Made by a program: the position numbers and the translations under genes. A DNA stretch of 64,000 nt from sequence record NZ_CP093377.1; one strand, written 5' to 3'. Within the stretch, counting starts at the first letter, position 1. Every line of letters begins with the position of its first letter. Under the pieces are notes generated by a model. That model was not told the DNA's origin. It saw only the letters and a list, made by a program, of their open reading frames with translations, and did no database searches. Shown piece by piece: positions 17,100 through 26,991 of the stretch. Source of the stretch: a plasmid.

Positions 17100-17679
17100 A
17101 ATACACGGGCTCTGGAGAGTCGCCTTAAAAAATACCCCGGCGGATCGTCGTAATCAAGTTAATTCACTACAAACGCGCGTGAGCGCTCTCCTGAAGGGAT
17201 TTAACACCCGTCCGAAATAAACATGTCAGAGCAGTAGACGGTATTAACACGCCGCTCTTTACTAACCCTTTAAAACATCACACCCCACGCAAGACTTCGT
17301 CTTGCAGATTTTTTCTTTAAATTCAGTGGCATGATGTGTGTTTTATTTCGTAATTTTTGAGTATGCGCGCTTAAGGTGTGTGGATTGACACACATTGCAG
17401 TGCTTAATCAGGCACTGCAATGTGTGCTAATACAGCACTCTGAAGTGTGGGGATTGTGTGTATTCAATTAATAGAGTAACTTAAAAGTAGATGGTGCCTG
17501 AACCACACACATCATAGTGCCTAATGCACACACATCATAGTGCCTGATTAGCACACATCTTTAGGGATGGATTAGATATAAAATCAGTTGGTTACCATAA
17601 CACAGCACCACTGACAGTTGTTAAAGCTCGCCATTGCAGTGCCGCATCAGGCACTGCATTAGAATATCGAGAAATTATT
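17100..17679. other. oriT region. Contains inverted repeats at 17393..17425 and 17636..17668 (TraM-binding-site-like) and two tandem 22-bp direct repeats at 17503..17548.
   Basis: AT-rich intergenic region between the gene-X-like gene and traM. Palindromes cattgcagtgcttaatcaggcactgcaatg and attgcagtgccgcatcaggcactgcatt. Direct repeat cacacacatcatagtgcct[a/g]a. The nic site could not be pinned down from sequence. Confidence 0.55.
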
Positions 17680-18066
17680 ATGCCAAGAAAGAACATTTAC
17701 TTTAAAGACAAAATTGACCGCGAAATACATGATATTCTTGAAATAGAACTACAGAAAGGGGCCACCACCTCTGAGATGAACTACTCATCAATAGTCAACG
17801 AATTAGTACGCCTTGGGCTAATGGTTTACAAATCGAAAGAAGAAGGAAGCTCATTTGACCTGGATGGCTTCAGGCGCGACCTTATAAAGAAAGTCTCCGG
17901 GTCGCGAGAAGGTATTATGATTCTGACTGCCCTTGTTTCTGACATCTTCGTTACACTCAAAGGTCCCGACTCTGGCGTGAAACTGGAAGAGCTCATAAAC
18001 ACCAATATCAGTGCAATTAACGATGCGGAAGATAAAGCCGAAAAAGACCACTTCCTGGCAGGGTAA
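17680..18066 (+). CDS. traM: TraM, relaxosome accessory protein
   Basis: 128 aa, first gene after oriT. Length and charge pattern as F TraM. A bidirectional hairpin follows at 18078..18098. Confidence 0.8.
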   Translation: MPRKNIYFKDKIDREIHDILEIELQKGATTSEMNYSSIVNELVRLGLMVYKSKEEGSSFDLDGFRRDLIKKVSGSREGIMILTALVSDIFVTLKGPDSGVKLEELINTNISAINDAEDKAEKDHFLAG

Positions 18067-18104
18067 ACTAGCTTCTTTGGCCGGAACACTCCGGCCAGAA
18101 TCGA

Positions 18105-18791
18105 TCACTGGGACGGCTTTTCATCCCACGGAAGGTCACTTTTCTCCACCTCTCTTATTTTTTCCTTCAGAAACACCTCGAACTCCATACAAAGAACTTT
18201 AAGCGCCTGCGCATCCTCGTTCTGGTCAAGTAACCTTTCCGTAAAATAACCCAGCGTATTCATCAGACGGGTAAGCATTTCGTCATTAAGACTACGGTTA
18301 TGAACCTTCGCCATCGCCCTGATTTCATCCGCGAGATTCTCAGGAATACGCATGCTGTAGCCAGTTGTTTTCCCTGGAAGTAAAATTCTTTCACCCTCAC
18401 GCCACACCCACAACTGCTCCTGTTTGGGCGGGACTTTAACATCTTCCGCAACATCAACGGATTCACCATCAAGTAATTTCCCCAGCCACTCCTCAAATTT
18501 CACCGCCAGTGCAATGAGACGCTCACCCTCCGCAGTTTTAATGACAGGCCTGCCTGGCTGGTAATTCAGCGACAACAAAAGCCTGGCAATAATTTCCTCA
18601 TTCACGCTCCTGTTGCCAGCTCTGGCACATATTCTCAGCTCCATAAGCAGATTATCCGGAGCGCGCAATCGCCATTCCACAGCTTCACCCGGCTGGAACT
18701 TACGCGGACGGCCGCGACCATCCCACATTTTCTCTTTAACTTTCATAGCTATAGATCTCGGAGGCCATTTCCGTACTTTCTCGTCAACCAA
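18105..18791 (-). CDS. tandem Arc/MetJ-type ribbon-helix-helix DNA-binding protein (two repeats of a ~100-aa module), divergent from traA
   Basis: 228 aa. Two Arc-like motifs (ELRICARAGNRSVNEEIIARLLLSL and IRAMAKVHNRSLNDEMLTRLMNTL), each followed by a similar amphipathic helix. It occupies the traJ/traY slot on the opposite strand. Confidence 0.65.
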   Translation of the reverse strand: MVDEKVRKWPPRSIAMKVKEKMWDGRGRPRKFQPGEAVEWRLRAPDNLLMELRICARAGNRSVNEEIIARLLLSLNYQPGRPVIKTAEGERLIALAVKFEEWLGKLLDGESVDVAEDVKVPPKQEQLWVWREGERILLPGKTTGYSMRIPENLADEIRAMAKVHNRSLNDEMLTRLMNTLGYFTERLLDQNEDAQALKVLCMEFEVFLKEKIREVEKSDLPWDEKPSQ

Positions 18792-18942
18792 GCCTACTCA
18801 CTTACCCATTCAGATAAATCTGAATAATTCTAAAAAATGTGACATGGGTCACAGTTTTTTTTTTTTGAGGTTATGGGACAATTGCGCCCGCGTAAACAAG
18901 CACTTACGCGAATCACTTTTGTTTACCTCGGAGAAAACAAAC

Positions 18943-19296
18943 ATGTTAACCAAAGGCAGTGCCCTTAACGTCGGAAAGGGAGGGGCGGTAGCGTATTTAT
19001 TCCGTAAAGCACGCGAAAATCGCCAGACTAAATTTTACTTAAAGTCAGCAGGCGCTTTTTTAATTTCACTTATGGTCACTCACCCGGCATTCGCATCTGG
19101 TGCTGACCTTCTTTCCTCACAGAACACCACGGTTAATTCCACCTTCGGTTCCGGCTCTTCATTGATTAAATGGTTTTACATCGCCGAAATCATCATGGGC
19201 CTGTTTATTTACATCAAGGCCCGTTCACCGCTGGTATTCGTCGGTATCGTAATGGCAATCATCTTTACCCGTGTAGGCTTCGGCATAGCGAGTTAA
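18943..19296 (+). CDS. traA: TraA propilin
   Basis: 117 aa. Pilin-like sequence ...SQNTTVNSTFGSGSSLIKWFYIAEIIMGLFIYIKARSPLVFVGIVMAIIFTRVGFGIAS, alignable with the F TraA mature pilin. Confidence 0.85.
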   Translation: MLTKGSALNVGKGGAVAYLFRKARENRQTKFYLKSAGAFLISLMVTHPAFASGADLLSSQNTTVNSTFGSGSSLIKWFYIAEIIMGLFIYIKARSPLVFVGIVMAIIFTRVGFGIAS

Positions 19297-19299
19297 ACG

Positions 19300-19602
19300 A
19301 TGAGCGGGGATGAGGATAAATATAACTTCCCGGAAACAATGAACCAGCAGGACCGCTATTTAGGCTTGCCAATTGATGAATTAATTGTTACCGCACCCCT
19401 TTTAGTTTTGGGGGTGCTTAACAATCTGTCACTCGAACTGGGTGTAATCGCGGGAATCCTCTGGTTTATCGTCAGATATCTGAAAAAAGGGCAGGGATCA
19501 TACTGGTTACTTAATTTCTGTTACTGGCACCTGCCATCACTTTTGTTCAAAGTAACCTTTCGCCAGATACCTGATTCAAGTTTCCGGCACTGGAGGGCAT
19601 AG
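19300..19602 (+). CDS. traL: TraL pilus assembly protein
   Basis: MSGDEDKYNFPETMNQQDRYLGLPIDE... matches the F TraL N-terminus. Confidence 0.85.
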   Translation: MSGDEDKYNFPETMNQQDRYLGLPIDELIVTAPLLVLGVLNNLSLELGVIAGILWFIVRYLKKGQGSYWLLNFCYWHLPSLLFKVTFRQIPDSSFRHWRA

Positions 19603-19608
19603 TTTTTC

Positions 19609-20190
19609 ATGAAACTGAATATTAAGGGAGAGCGCGATAAACAACTACGCTATGCGTTTATTGGTCTTTCAGCTTTAACTTTACTCATGGGCGCAGGGAA
19701 TGTACTGACAGGGTCACTGGCATGGTATTTCGCCACTACCCAGAAAACCATCACCACGCCATTAACGTTTAACCGCCCATTTGCATCAGATTCTAAAAGT
19801 GTCGATGCCACCGGTCTGACACAGTTCGCCGCTTCCTTTATTTACTGGCGACTCAACGTTACTCCTGAAAACATCGAACATAACCAGAAAATGATTCTTG
19901 GATTTGTCCCTTCCGCCGAACGGGACGAACTCAGGAAAGCTCTGGATATTGAAGCTGAACGCATCAGGAAAGCGGGCATTTCCACCCAGTTCGACACGAA
20001 AGAAATTCGAGTCATGGATGATGGCTCCGTGCAGTACAGCGGGGTTCTGAAGTCCTCCACCACTAACGGCGTAATCATCACGCCGATGAAAGACCAGGAA
20101 AAAACCTACCGCCTGAAACTGAGTTATGAGAACGGTGTGATTAACCTCCACAGCTTCGAAGAACTCCAGCCGGTATCCACCACCAACTGA
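19609..20190 (+). CDS. traE: TraE pilus assembly protein
   Basis: 193 aa with an N-terminal transmembrane helix. Position and length as F TraE. Confidence 0.85.
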   Translation: MKLNIKGERDKQLRYAFIGLSALTLLMGAGNVLTGSLAWYFATTQKTITTPLTFNRPFASDSKSVDATGLTQFAASFIYWRLNVTPENIEHNQKMILGFVPSAERDELRKALDIEAERIRKAGISTQFDTKEIRVMDDGSVQYSGVLKSSTTNGVIITPMKDQEKTYRLKLSYENGVINLHSFEELQPVSTTN

Positions 20191-20201
20191 CAGGACTGCC
20201 C

Positions 20202-20942
20202 ATGAAATTTCGTATTTCACCGGCAGCTGCTGCTGTGTTTCTGGCAGCGGGATTATTTAACAGCGGCCTCCGGGCCGCTTCCGCACCCGCAGCCATTCCG
20301 TTTGAGAACGACGCCGCCTTTAACGTCACTCTCAGCAACACTAACCCGAGCAAGGTTGTTGTCGACGGAGAACTCATTACCAGCATCAGCGGACCCACCG
20401 GTGCCTATGACCAGAGCCAGACTGACGACGGAGCACTCATTCTGTCTCCACTTGTCAGTCAGAACTTTACGCTGTTTATCCAGACAGACCGCGGCTCATC
20501 CCTGAGTCTTAACATCAGGCCGCAGCCGGGTAACGGCAAAACACTGCGCTTCACCCCGATGTCACCACCACTTCGCAGAAACGACGATGCGAAGGCATGG
20601 GAAGAAGGGCAGACCTACGAAAAAACACTGGTCGCACTGTCCCGCGCCGTCGTCAACGGTCAGGTGCCGGACGACTACCAGGAGTATCCGGTCAGCCGCA
20701 TGCCGGCGTACACACCCGCCAGTGATGTACGCCTGACACCGGAACGCCAGTTTGTTGGCAATAACCTGCGCGTTGTGCGCTTCCGGATGAGCAACCCGGG
20801 CAGCATCACCCGCAGCCTGCGCGAGCGCGATTTCTGGCGCAAGGGCGTCCGGGCCGTAATGCTGTCGCAGAACCAGCTTTATGCCGGTGGCGAAGGCTAC
20901 GCCTGGATTGTGTTTTCAGGTGACGGAGACACCCGCCCATGA
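20202..20942 (+). CDS. traK: TraK (secretin-like outer-membrane ring protein)
   Basis: 246 aa with signal peptide. Order and length as F. Confidence 0.85.
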   Translation: MKFRISPAAAAVFLAAGLFNSGLRAASAPAAIPFENDAAFNVTLSNTNPSKVVVDGELITSISGPTGAYDQSQTDDGALILSPLVSQNFTLFIQTDRGSSLSLNIRPQPGNGKTLRFTPMSPPLRRNDDAKAWEEGQTYEKTLVALSRAVVNGQVPDDYQEYPVSRMPAYTPASDVRLTPERQFVGNNLRVVRFRMSNPGSITRSLRERDFWRKGVRAVMLSQNQLYAGGEGYAWIVFSGDGDTRP

Positions 20943-22342
20943 GCCTGAATAAAAACCTGAAAACCCGGCGCAAGCAGCTGGCCATTCTTGCCGCCGTTAT
21001 CGTGGGAGGTGCCGCCGCCACGAGCGGCGTTATCTGGTACGGGCAACATCAACAGGAACAGAAACAGCCCGCGCCGGTTGCCACCCCAAACATGACCGGT
21101 GTGGTCACGGCAGCGTTTAACCAGCAGGTTAATGATGCCGCACTGGCACAGCAGCAGGCCAAGACCTCCGCACTTGAGGACAAGCTCACCACGCTCACCC
21201 AGCAGTTTGTACAGAACAAGCTCACTACCGAGCAACAGCTGGCTAAAAAGGATGAAGAGATTCAGCGCCTGAATGACCAGCTTACGAAAGCCCCCGGCAG
21301 CAACGTGACCACTGGCCAGCAGACACCACCTGGCGGTCAGAACGGAACACCACTCCCCGGTCCCGTTGCTGCCGGTCAGGCCCGGCCACCCGAATACACC
21401 GTGACCCCCGCAGGCACACCGGCCGCCACTGGTGTGAATATGGGGCAAGGCGCAGCGTTCTACCCGGGCGGCTCTGGCCAGAGAGTGACAGGTGGGCTGA
21501 GCACCACAAAGTTCAGCTATGAAAGCCTGAAGAAAAAGCCAACGAAACTGCCCTGGATTCCGTCAGGCTCCTTCTCAGACGCCATCATGATTGAAGGGGC
21601 CGACGCCAACGCCAGTGTTACCGGCCAGCAGAACACCCAGCCCGTCACCATCCGCCTGCTGGGCAATATCCAGATGCCAAACAACAAAGAATACAGCGCT
21701 GACGGCTGCTTTGTGGTGGGGGAAATCTGGGGCGACATCTCCAGCGAGCGCGGGATTGTCCGGACGAAATCAATCAGCTGCGTACTGAAAAACGGCAAGC
21801 ACGTCGATATGGAATTCGATGGCCACGTCAGCTACCAGGGTAAAGGCGGTGTTCGCGGCAAGCCTGTTATGCGAAACGGCATGATTGTCGGCTACGCGGG
21901 GGCTGCAGGCCTCCTGTCAGGTTTTGGTGAAGGTATCAAATCTGCGGCAACACCATCCGTCGGCCTCGGTGCCACAGCGGATGTCGGTGCCGGCGACGTG
22001 TTTAAGCAGGGTATAGGCGGCGGAGCCAGTAAGGCGGCCGACACGCTGAGCCAGTACTGGATTAAGCGCGCCGAACAGTATCACCCGGTCATTGATATCG
22101 GCGCTGGCAACCTGGTAACTGTGGTCTTCCAGAAGGGCTTCCGCCTTGAAACCATCGAGGATGCCGATGACGCGAAAGCGAAAGAGGAACTGCAGAAAGC
22201 CGACAACGCCGCGCAGAGCTCCGTCACTCCGCAGCCTGCGAGCCAGACCACTGCATCCAGTACCACCTCAGCCGGCAACATCAACCCTGATGACGTTCTC
22301 CGCCAGGCCAGTCAGCTGCGCCTCGGTGACACAATCAACTGA
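20939..22342 (+). CDS. traB: TraB (VirB10-like)
   Basis: 467 aa with an N-terminal transmembrane helix, coiled coil and Pro-rich linker. Coupled to traK. Confidence 0.85.
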   Translation: MSLNKNLKTRRKQLAILAAVIVGGAAATSGVIWYGQHQQEQKQPAPVATPNMTGVVTAAFNQQVNDAALAQQQAKTSALEDKLTTLTQQFVQNKLTTEQQLAKKDEEIQRLNDQLTKAPGSNVTTGQQTPPGGQNGTPLPGPVAAGQARPPEYTVTPAGTPAATGVNMGQGAAFYPGGSGQRVTGGLSTTKFSYESLKKKPTKLPWIPSGSFSDAIMIEGADANASVTGQQNTQPVTIRLLGNIQMPNNKEYSADGCFVVGEIWGDISSERGIVRTKSISCVLKNGKHVDMEFDGHVSYQGKGGVRGKPVMRNGMIVGYAGAAGLLSGFGEGIKSAATPSVGLGATADVGAGDVFKQGIGGGASKAADTLSQYWIKRAEQYHPVIDIGAGNLVTVVFQKGFRLETIEDADDAKAKEELQKADNAAQSSVTPQPASQTTASSTTSAGNINPDDVLRQASQLRLGDTIN

Positions 22343-22348
22343 GGACTT

Positions 22349-22501
22349 ATGAAAAATAAAGAGGAACAAAACCAAAAAAGAGTACCTGTCAGCTCTCCTT
22401 TTCGTGAGTTCATTGCCGTAGCCCTGTTCCTTGTCGCAATTGCAGGTGTCTTTTTAATGGCCAAATGCATGGTTTTCGGAATTAGTTTATCAATGAAATA
22501 A
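22349..22501 (+). CDS. small membrane protein (50 aa) in the traP/trbD position
   Basis: ATG 6 bp after the traB stop. One transmembrane helix. Below the ORF-track cutoff. Confidence 0.4.
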   Translation: MKNKEEQNQKRVPVSSPFREFIAVALFLVAIAGVFLMAKCMVFGISLSMK

Positions 22502-22552
22502 CCCCTCTGTTTGAGGCCATATATCCCCTTCCGAATTCACCCGGAGATACCC

Positions 22553-23092
22553 ATGAATAAAAGCATTATCGGCATGCTGCTGTGCAGCGCACTGACCGGC
22601 TGCGCCGGTCTCAATTCTGATTTCGACTGTAACAAGACCGCGACCGACCAGTGCCTGACCACCGGTGAGGCCAACAAGCTGGCCGCTCAGGGTAAAAGTC
22701 TGGATGACCTGACGGCCGAAAAAAACGCAAAAAAGCCTGCGGGTGAAACCCTGCCGGCACTGCGCAATTCGGCACCGGTCGTGAATCCGTTCCGTCCTGT
22801 CTCCGTCGTAGCAACCGGAACCACCGCCGCCAGGCCTCTGACCACTGCGCCGGCGAAAACATCCGGCACACTGGTCACGCCGCTGGCCACGACGAGTCAT
22901 GCGACCCCCGTGCCGGTTAACACGGCAGGCCGTGTTCCGGTTCAGCGTATTCCTGACGCCACGCAGCGCCTGTGGATTGCCCCCTGGGTGGACACGGACG
23001 ACAACTTCCATCAACCGGCAGTGGTCGAGTTCGTGAAGAACAAATCTCACTGGGATGAGAGCTACCGCGTTATCGGGGAGGGTGGGGAATGA
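22553..23092 (+). CDS. traV: TraV lipoprotein
   Basis: Lipobox LTGCAG. Alignable with F TraV (CNKTATDQCLTTGEANKLA..., LWIAPWVDTDDNFHQP). Confidence 0.85.
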   Translation: MNKSIIGMLLCSALTGCAGLNSDFDCNKTATDQCLTTGEANKLAAQGKSLDDLTAEKNAKKPAGETLPALRNSAPVVNPFRPVSVVATGTTAARPLTTAPAKTSGTLVTPLATTSHATPVPVNTAGRVPVQRIPDATQRLWIAPWVDTDDNFHQPAVVEFVKNKSHWDESYRVIGEGGE

Positions 23093-23343
23093 GCAGCCAC
23101 TACGTTTCCGCCAGGAACGGCGTCGATCATCTGGTGAAATCATTCCCCCATACACGGAAAGGAACGGCGCAAATCACTGCCGCACAGTCAGTCGATACCG
23201 ACGATGAAACGCTGGCTGTTCTGAGCGTGAGCTGTGGCTGGCAGATTAAAACTGCCGGTGATGCACCGCACACCGGTCAGATGAACGAAGAGAAACTACG
23301 TCGCCTTGAGTTAATCCGGGCCGCTGCGGAGGGTCGAAAATGA
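23089..23343 (+). CDS. hypothetical protein in the traR position (no Cys4 zinc finger)
   Basis: 84 aa, coupled between traV and traC. Confidence 0.5.
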   Translation: MSSHYVSARNGVDHLVKSFPHTRKGTAQITAAQSVDTDDETLAVLSVSCGWQIKTAGDAPHTGQMNEEKLRRLELIRAAAEGRK

Positions 23344-25949
23344 GTTTTGTCGACAACCTGTTGGATATGCTGAAAAACGGGAAAGAGGAAGACGGTGCCG
23401 CCACGGCCCGCGAGAATCTTTCCCAGACATGGGGCTACCCGTCCCTGGTTGCGGCGCTGCCTTACCGGTATTACGACGACACCAATGAGATTTTCGTCAA
23501 CGCCGGCTCTGCAGGCTTCATCATGGAAGCCGCCCCGCTGCCCGGCGCGAACGAACAGGTGATGGCCGCGCTCGATGACATGCTGCGCAAAAAACTGCCC
23601 CGCCAGACTCCCGTCACCGTCATCATGCTTGCCAGCAAGTGTGTCGGGGAACGTATCGATCGCGGTGTGAGTAACGACATGTGGAAAGGAGGGATGGCCG
23701 ATCACCTCAATAAAATCACCCGCGCGTTCTGGCAGCGCTCTGCGCTGCACGGTCTGGCCAACGAACGCGAATACCCGCTTTACCTGCGTAACTACCGCAT
23801 CTTTCTTGTCTATGGTCAGCCGCTGAAGCGCGCCTCCCAGACACAACGGGTGATTGATGACCTGGTTCAGATCCGCAACACCATCCGCGTCTCCCTGGGC
23901 GCTGCGCGCATCGACAGCGTGAACGTTGATGTGTACGGTTTCCTGTCTGCGGTACGCGAGCAGATGAACTACCGCCAGGAACAGGTACTGACGTCCTCCG
24001 GGGACTACAACGAGGATGAAAAGCTGAACCGCCAGGTGGTTGATCAGGGGATAGGGCTTGATGTCTATCCGTCGCATCTCCGGATGACGTTACCCGAAAC
24101 CATCGACGCGCGCGGGACACGGTTGCCGGCATCGGCATGTCGCATCATTAACATGCAGCTTGCCAAAACGCCTAAACGCTTCGCCCTGTGGCAGGGGGCG
24201 GACAACCTGCAGAACATTCGCTTTCCTGACCTCGGAATACCCTGTCCCTTTATGCTGACCTGGACAACGGAGCTGGAAGAGCAGACCAAAAGCCAGAGTG
24301 AGGCATTTCGCAAAGATACCGATTTGTCAAAAAAGGCCAGCTCAGCCTACGCCGCACTTTTCCCCGGTACCAAAAGGGCCGCAGAGGAATGGCGACGTAC
24401 CCGTGAGCAACTGAACAATAACGAAATTGCACTCTGCAACACGTACTTTAACCTGACCCTGTTCGCGCCGGACAACAATACTGACGCACAGGCCTGTGAG
24501 CTGGCCGCCGTGAACGTGTTCCGTAAGAACGAGCTGGAGATGGTAACGATACAGTACCAGCAGATGCGTAACTGGCTGGCCGGCTTCCCGTTCGTCATGC
24601 AGGAAGGGATGTGGGAAGACCTGAAAACAACAGGCGCAACGCTGCGCGCCAAGTCATGGAACGCGGTGAGTCTGATGCCGATCGTGGCAGAACGCCAGCT
24701 GTCGAATGTAGGTATGCCGCTGCCCACCTACCGCAACCAGGTTGCATTCTACGACATGTTTGGTGAGGAGAACGGCAGCACCAACTTTAACATCGCTGTG
24801 ACCGGCACGTCTGGCGCGGGTAAATCCTTCCTGACACAGGGTATCCTGCGCGACGTGCTGAATGCCGGGGGATACGCCTGGGTTATCGACATGGGTGACA
24901 GTTATAAAAACTACTGTCATCAGGCCGGCGGGGTTTATCTCGATGGCGCTAAACTGCGCTTTAACCCGTTCGCCAACGTCAAAGATATCAAGCACTCTGC
25001 TGAAGGGATTGTGCGTCTGCTGACGGTACTCGCCAGCCCGACGCAGCCGCTTGATGGTGTCTGCGAGGCGATCCTGCAGAAAGCGGTAATGGATGCGTGG
25101 GAGAAGAGGGCAAATAAAGCCCGTATCGACGACGTTCATAATTACCTGACCAGTGAGGATGTGAATCAGGCGTTTGCAGACAAGCCAACCATCATCGCGC
25201 GTCTCGCTGAGCTGGCCATGCTGCTCGATACCTACTGCACCTGGGGACCTGACGGTGAATACTTTAACGCCGACACCCCGACGCTCGATGGTGAAACCCG
25301 CTTCGCGGTGCTGGAGCTGCTGAGCCTGGAAGACAAGCCGAAGCTGCTCTCGTCCATCCTGTTCTCGCTCATTCTGGCGATACAGGAAAAGATGTACCAC
25401 AGCCCGCGCGACCTCAAAAAAGTCTGCATCATCGACGAGGCCTGGCGTCTGCTGGGTGGCTCTAACCCACACGCGGCAAGGTTTATCGAAACCGGCTACC
25501 GCACCGTGCGTCGTCACCGTGGGGCGTTTATTACCATCACCCAGGGCATCAAGGACTTCAGCGCCAGTAAGGAAGCAGAAGCCGCCTGGAACAACAGCTC
25601 CACCAAAATCACCCTGCTGCAGGATGCTAAGGCGTTTAAACAGTACCTTGCCGATAACCCGGATCAGTTCTCGGACATGGAAAAAGAAGTTATCCGTGGC
25701 TTCCAGCCAGCCCTGCAGACCGGCTACAGCTCCCTGCTGATAAACGCCGGTGAATACAGCTCCTTCCACCGTCTGTTCGTCGACCCCGTCACCCGCGCCA
25801 TGTTCAGCTCGCGTGGTGAGGACTTTGCCTTCATGCAGAAATTGCAGAAAGAAGCCGGGGCCACTGCGGAAGAAGCGGCATATCTGCTGGCGGAGAAGAA
25901 ATTCGGCAATGAACTTCGTGAACTTGAAGAATGGGTGAAAGCAGCATGA
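23340..25949 (+). CDS. traC: TraC (VirB4-family ATPase)
   Basis: 869 aa. Walker A GTSGAGKS. Extensive identity with F TraC. Confidence 0.95.
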   Translation: MSFVDNLLDMLKNGKEEDGAATARENLSQTWGYPSLVAALPYRYYDDTNEIFVNAGSAGFIMEAAPLPGANEQVMAALDDMLRKKLPRQTPVTVIMLASKCVGERIDRGVSNDMWKGGMADHLNKITRAFWQRSALHGLANEREYPLYLRNYRIFLVYGQPLKRASQTQRVIDDLVQIRNTIRVSLGAARIDSVNVDVYGFLSAVREQMNYRQEQVLTSSGDYNEDEKLNRQVVDQGIGLDVYPSHLRMTLPETIDARGTRLPASACRIINMQLAKTPKRFALWQGADNLQNIRFPDLGIPCPFMLTWTTELEEQTKSQSEAFRKDTDLSKKASSAYAALFPGTKRAAEEWRRTREQLNNNEIALCNTYFNLTLFAPDNNTDAQACELAAVNVFRKNELEMVTIQYQQMRNWLAGFPFVMQEGMWEDLKTTGATLRAKSWNAVSLMPIVAERQLSNVGMPLPTYRNQVAFYDMFGEENGSTNFNIAVTGTSGAGKSFLTQGILRDVLNAGGYAWVIDMGDSYKNYCHQAGGVYLDGAKLRFNPFANVKDIKHSAEGIVRLLTVLASPTQPLDGVCEAILQKAVMDAWEKRANKARIDDVHNYLTSEDVNQAFADKPTIIARLAELAMLLDTYCTWGPDGEYFNADTPTLDGETRFAVLELLSLEDKPKLLSSILFSLILAIQEKMYHSPRDLKKVCIIDEAWRLLGGSNPHAARFIETGYRTVRRHRGAFITITQGIKDFSASKEAEAAWNNSSTKITLLQDAKAFKQYLADNPDQFSDMEKEVIRGFQPALQTGYSSLLINAGEYSSFHRLFVDPVTRAMFSSRGEDFAFMQKLQKEAGATAEEAAYLLAEKKFGNELRELEEWVKAA

Positions 25950-26359
25950 GTGAACAACAGGACAAGCCGTATGAAGGCGATACCGTCAACGATGGTGCAA
26001 CGATCGCCGGCAAAACATCCCGCTGGGTTAAGGCCTGCATGCTGGGGCTGGCAGGATTGCCGGGCATGACAGGTGTGGCATATGTTACGGCAAAAGCCGT
26101 CACACCGGAGGTGGTGGTCTTCGATATGAAGGGAACCGTTGACCTGTTTATGCAGCAGTCCGCGCAGCTGCAGCTCGATGAGGACAAAGCCCGGGTGCTG
26201 ACAACGCGTTTCAATAGCGCGCTGTCAGACAGTCTCGGTGAATGGCAGGCCTCACATAACGCCATCATTCTGGTTAAACCGGCGGTGATGAGTCCGCAGC
26301 GGGATATCACGAATGAGATCCGTGCCGACATTGCGCGCCGCACTCAGGGGGGGCAGTGA
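25946..26359 (+). CDS. trbI: TrbI
   Basis: 137 aa, coupled to traC (ATGA). Membrane-anchored. Confidence 0.75.
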   Translation: MSEQQDKPYEGDTVNDGATIAGKTSRWVKACMLGLAGLPGMTGVAYVTAKAVTPEVVVFDMKGTVDLFMQQSAQLQLDEDKARVLTTRFNSALSDSLGEWQASHNAIILVKPAVMSPQRDITNEIRADIARRTQGGQ

Positions 26360-26991
26360 AAAGACCACTGAAGCTGATGGGTATGATGCTGCTGATGCTC
26401 TCCGCCGGCAGCGGGGCGAAAGATCTCGGAACCTGGGGCAACGTCTTCGAGCCTGCAGAGCAGGACATGCTGGCGTTTATCCAGAATCGCCTGAAGGGAA
26501 TGGAGCAGACGGGTGAACTTGACCGCCTGCGCAAAGAAGCAACGGAAAGAGTGAAGGAGCATGCGGTACGCCCGACGCCGGTGGAAGGGCTCACAAAAGC
26601 GAAGGAATACCGAAGCTTTGCCTGGGACCCGACATTTACCGTGAAGGAAACGATCACTGACATGCAGGGCAATGTGATCGCCCGGAAGGGTGATACGGTC
26701 AATCCTCTGGATAAGGTGCCCTTCAGCCAGGTGCTCTTTTTTATCGACGGCGATGATAAGGAGCAGGTGAGCTGGGCACGACAACAGCTCGCCGGTCAGA
26801 TCAGCGTGAAGGTCATCCTGGTAAACGGCAACATCAAAGAAACCAGTGATGCACTGAATGAACGTATCTACTTCGACCAGTCTGGCGTACTGACCCGTAA
26901 ATTCGGTTTTGAACACATCCCCGCGCGGATATCGCGCGACGGCCGCGTGATGAAGGTGGAAGAAATACCTGTTAAGGGAGACGGTAAATGA
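26356..26991 (+). CDS. traW: TraW
   Basis: 211 aa with signal peptide. Alignable with F TraW. Confidence 0.85.
   Translation: MKRPLKLMGMMLLMLSAGSGAKDLGTWGNVFEPAEQDMLAFIQNRLKGMEQTGELDRLRKEATERVKEHAVRPTPVEGLTKAKEYRSFAWDPTFTVKETITDMQGNVIARKGDTVNPLDKVPFSQVLFFIDGDDKEQVSWARQQLAGQISVKVILVNGNIKETSDALNERIYFDQSGVLTRKFGFEHIPARISRDGRVMKVEEIPVKGDGK

Noticed and set aside
18613-18942. Upstream extension of the traA reading frame (ORF 18613..19296)
   Set aside because: The first 110 codons are antisense to the RHH gene and look non-protein-like. TraA homology begins at the ATG at 18943, which has a ribosome-binding site.
24654-25769. 371-aa reverse-strand ORF inside traC
   Set aside because: Entirely antisense to a strongly conserved TraC (VirB4) coding region. 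Composition is Arg/Gly/Pro-biased, typical of the opposite strand of GC-rich genes.
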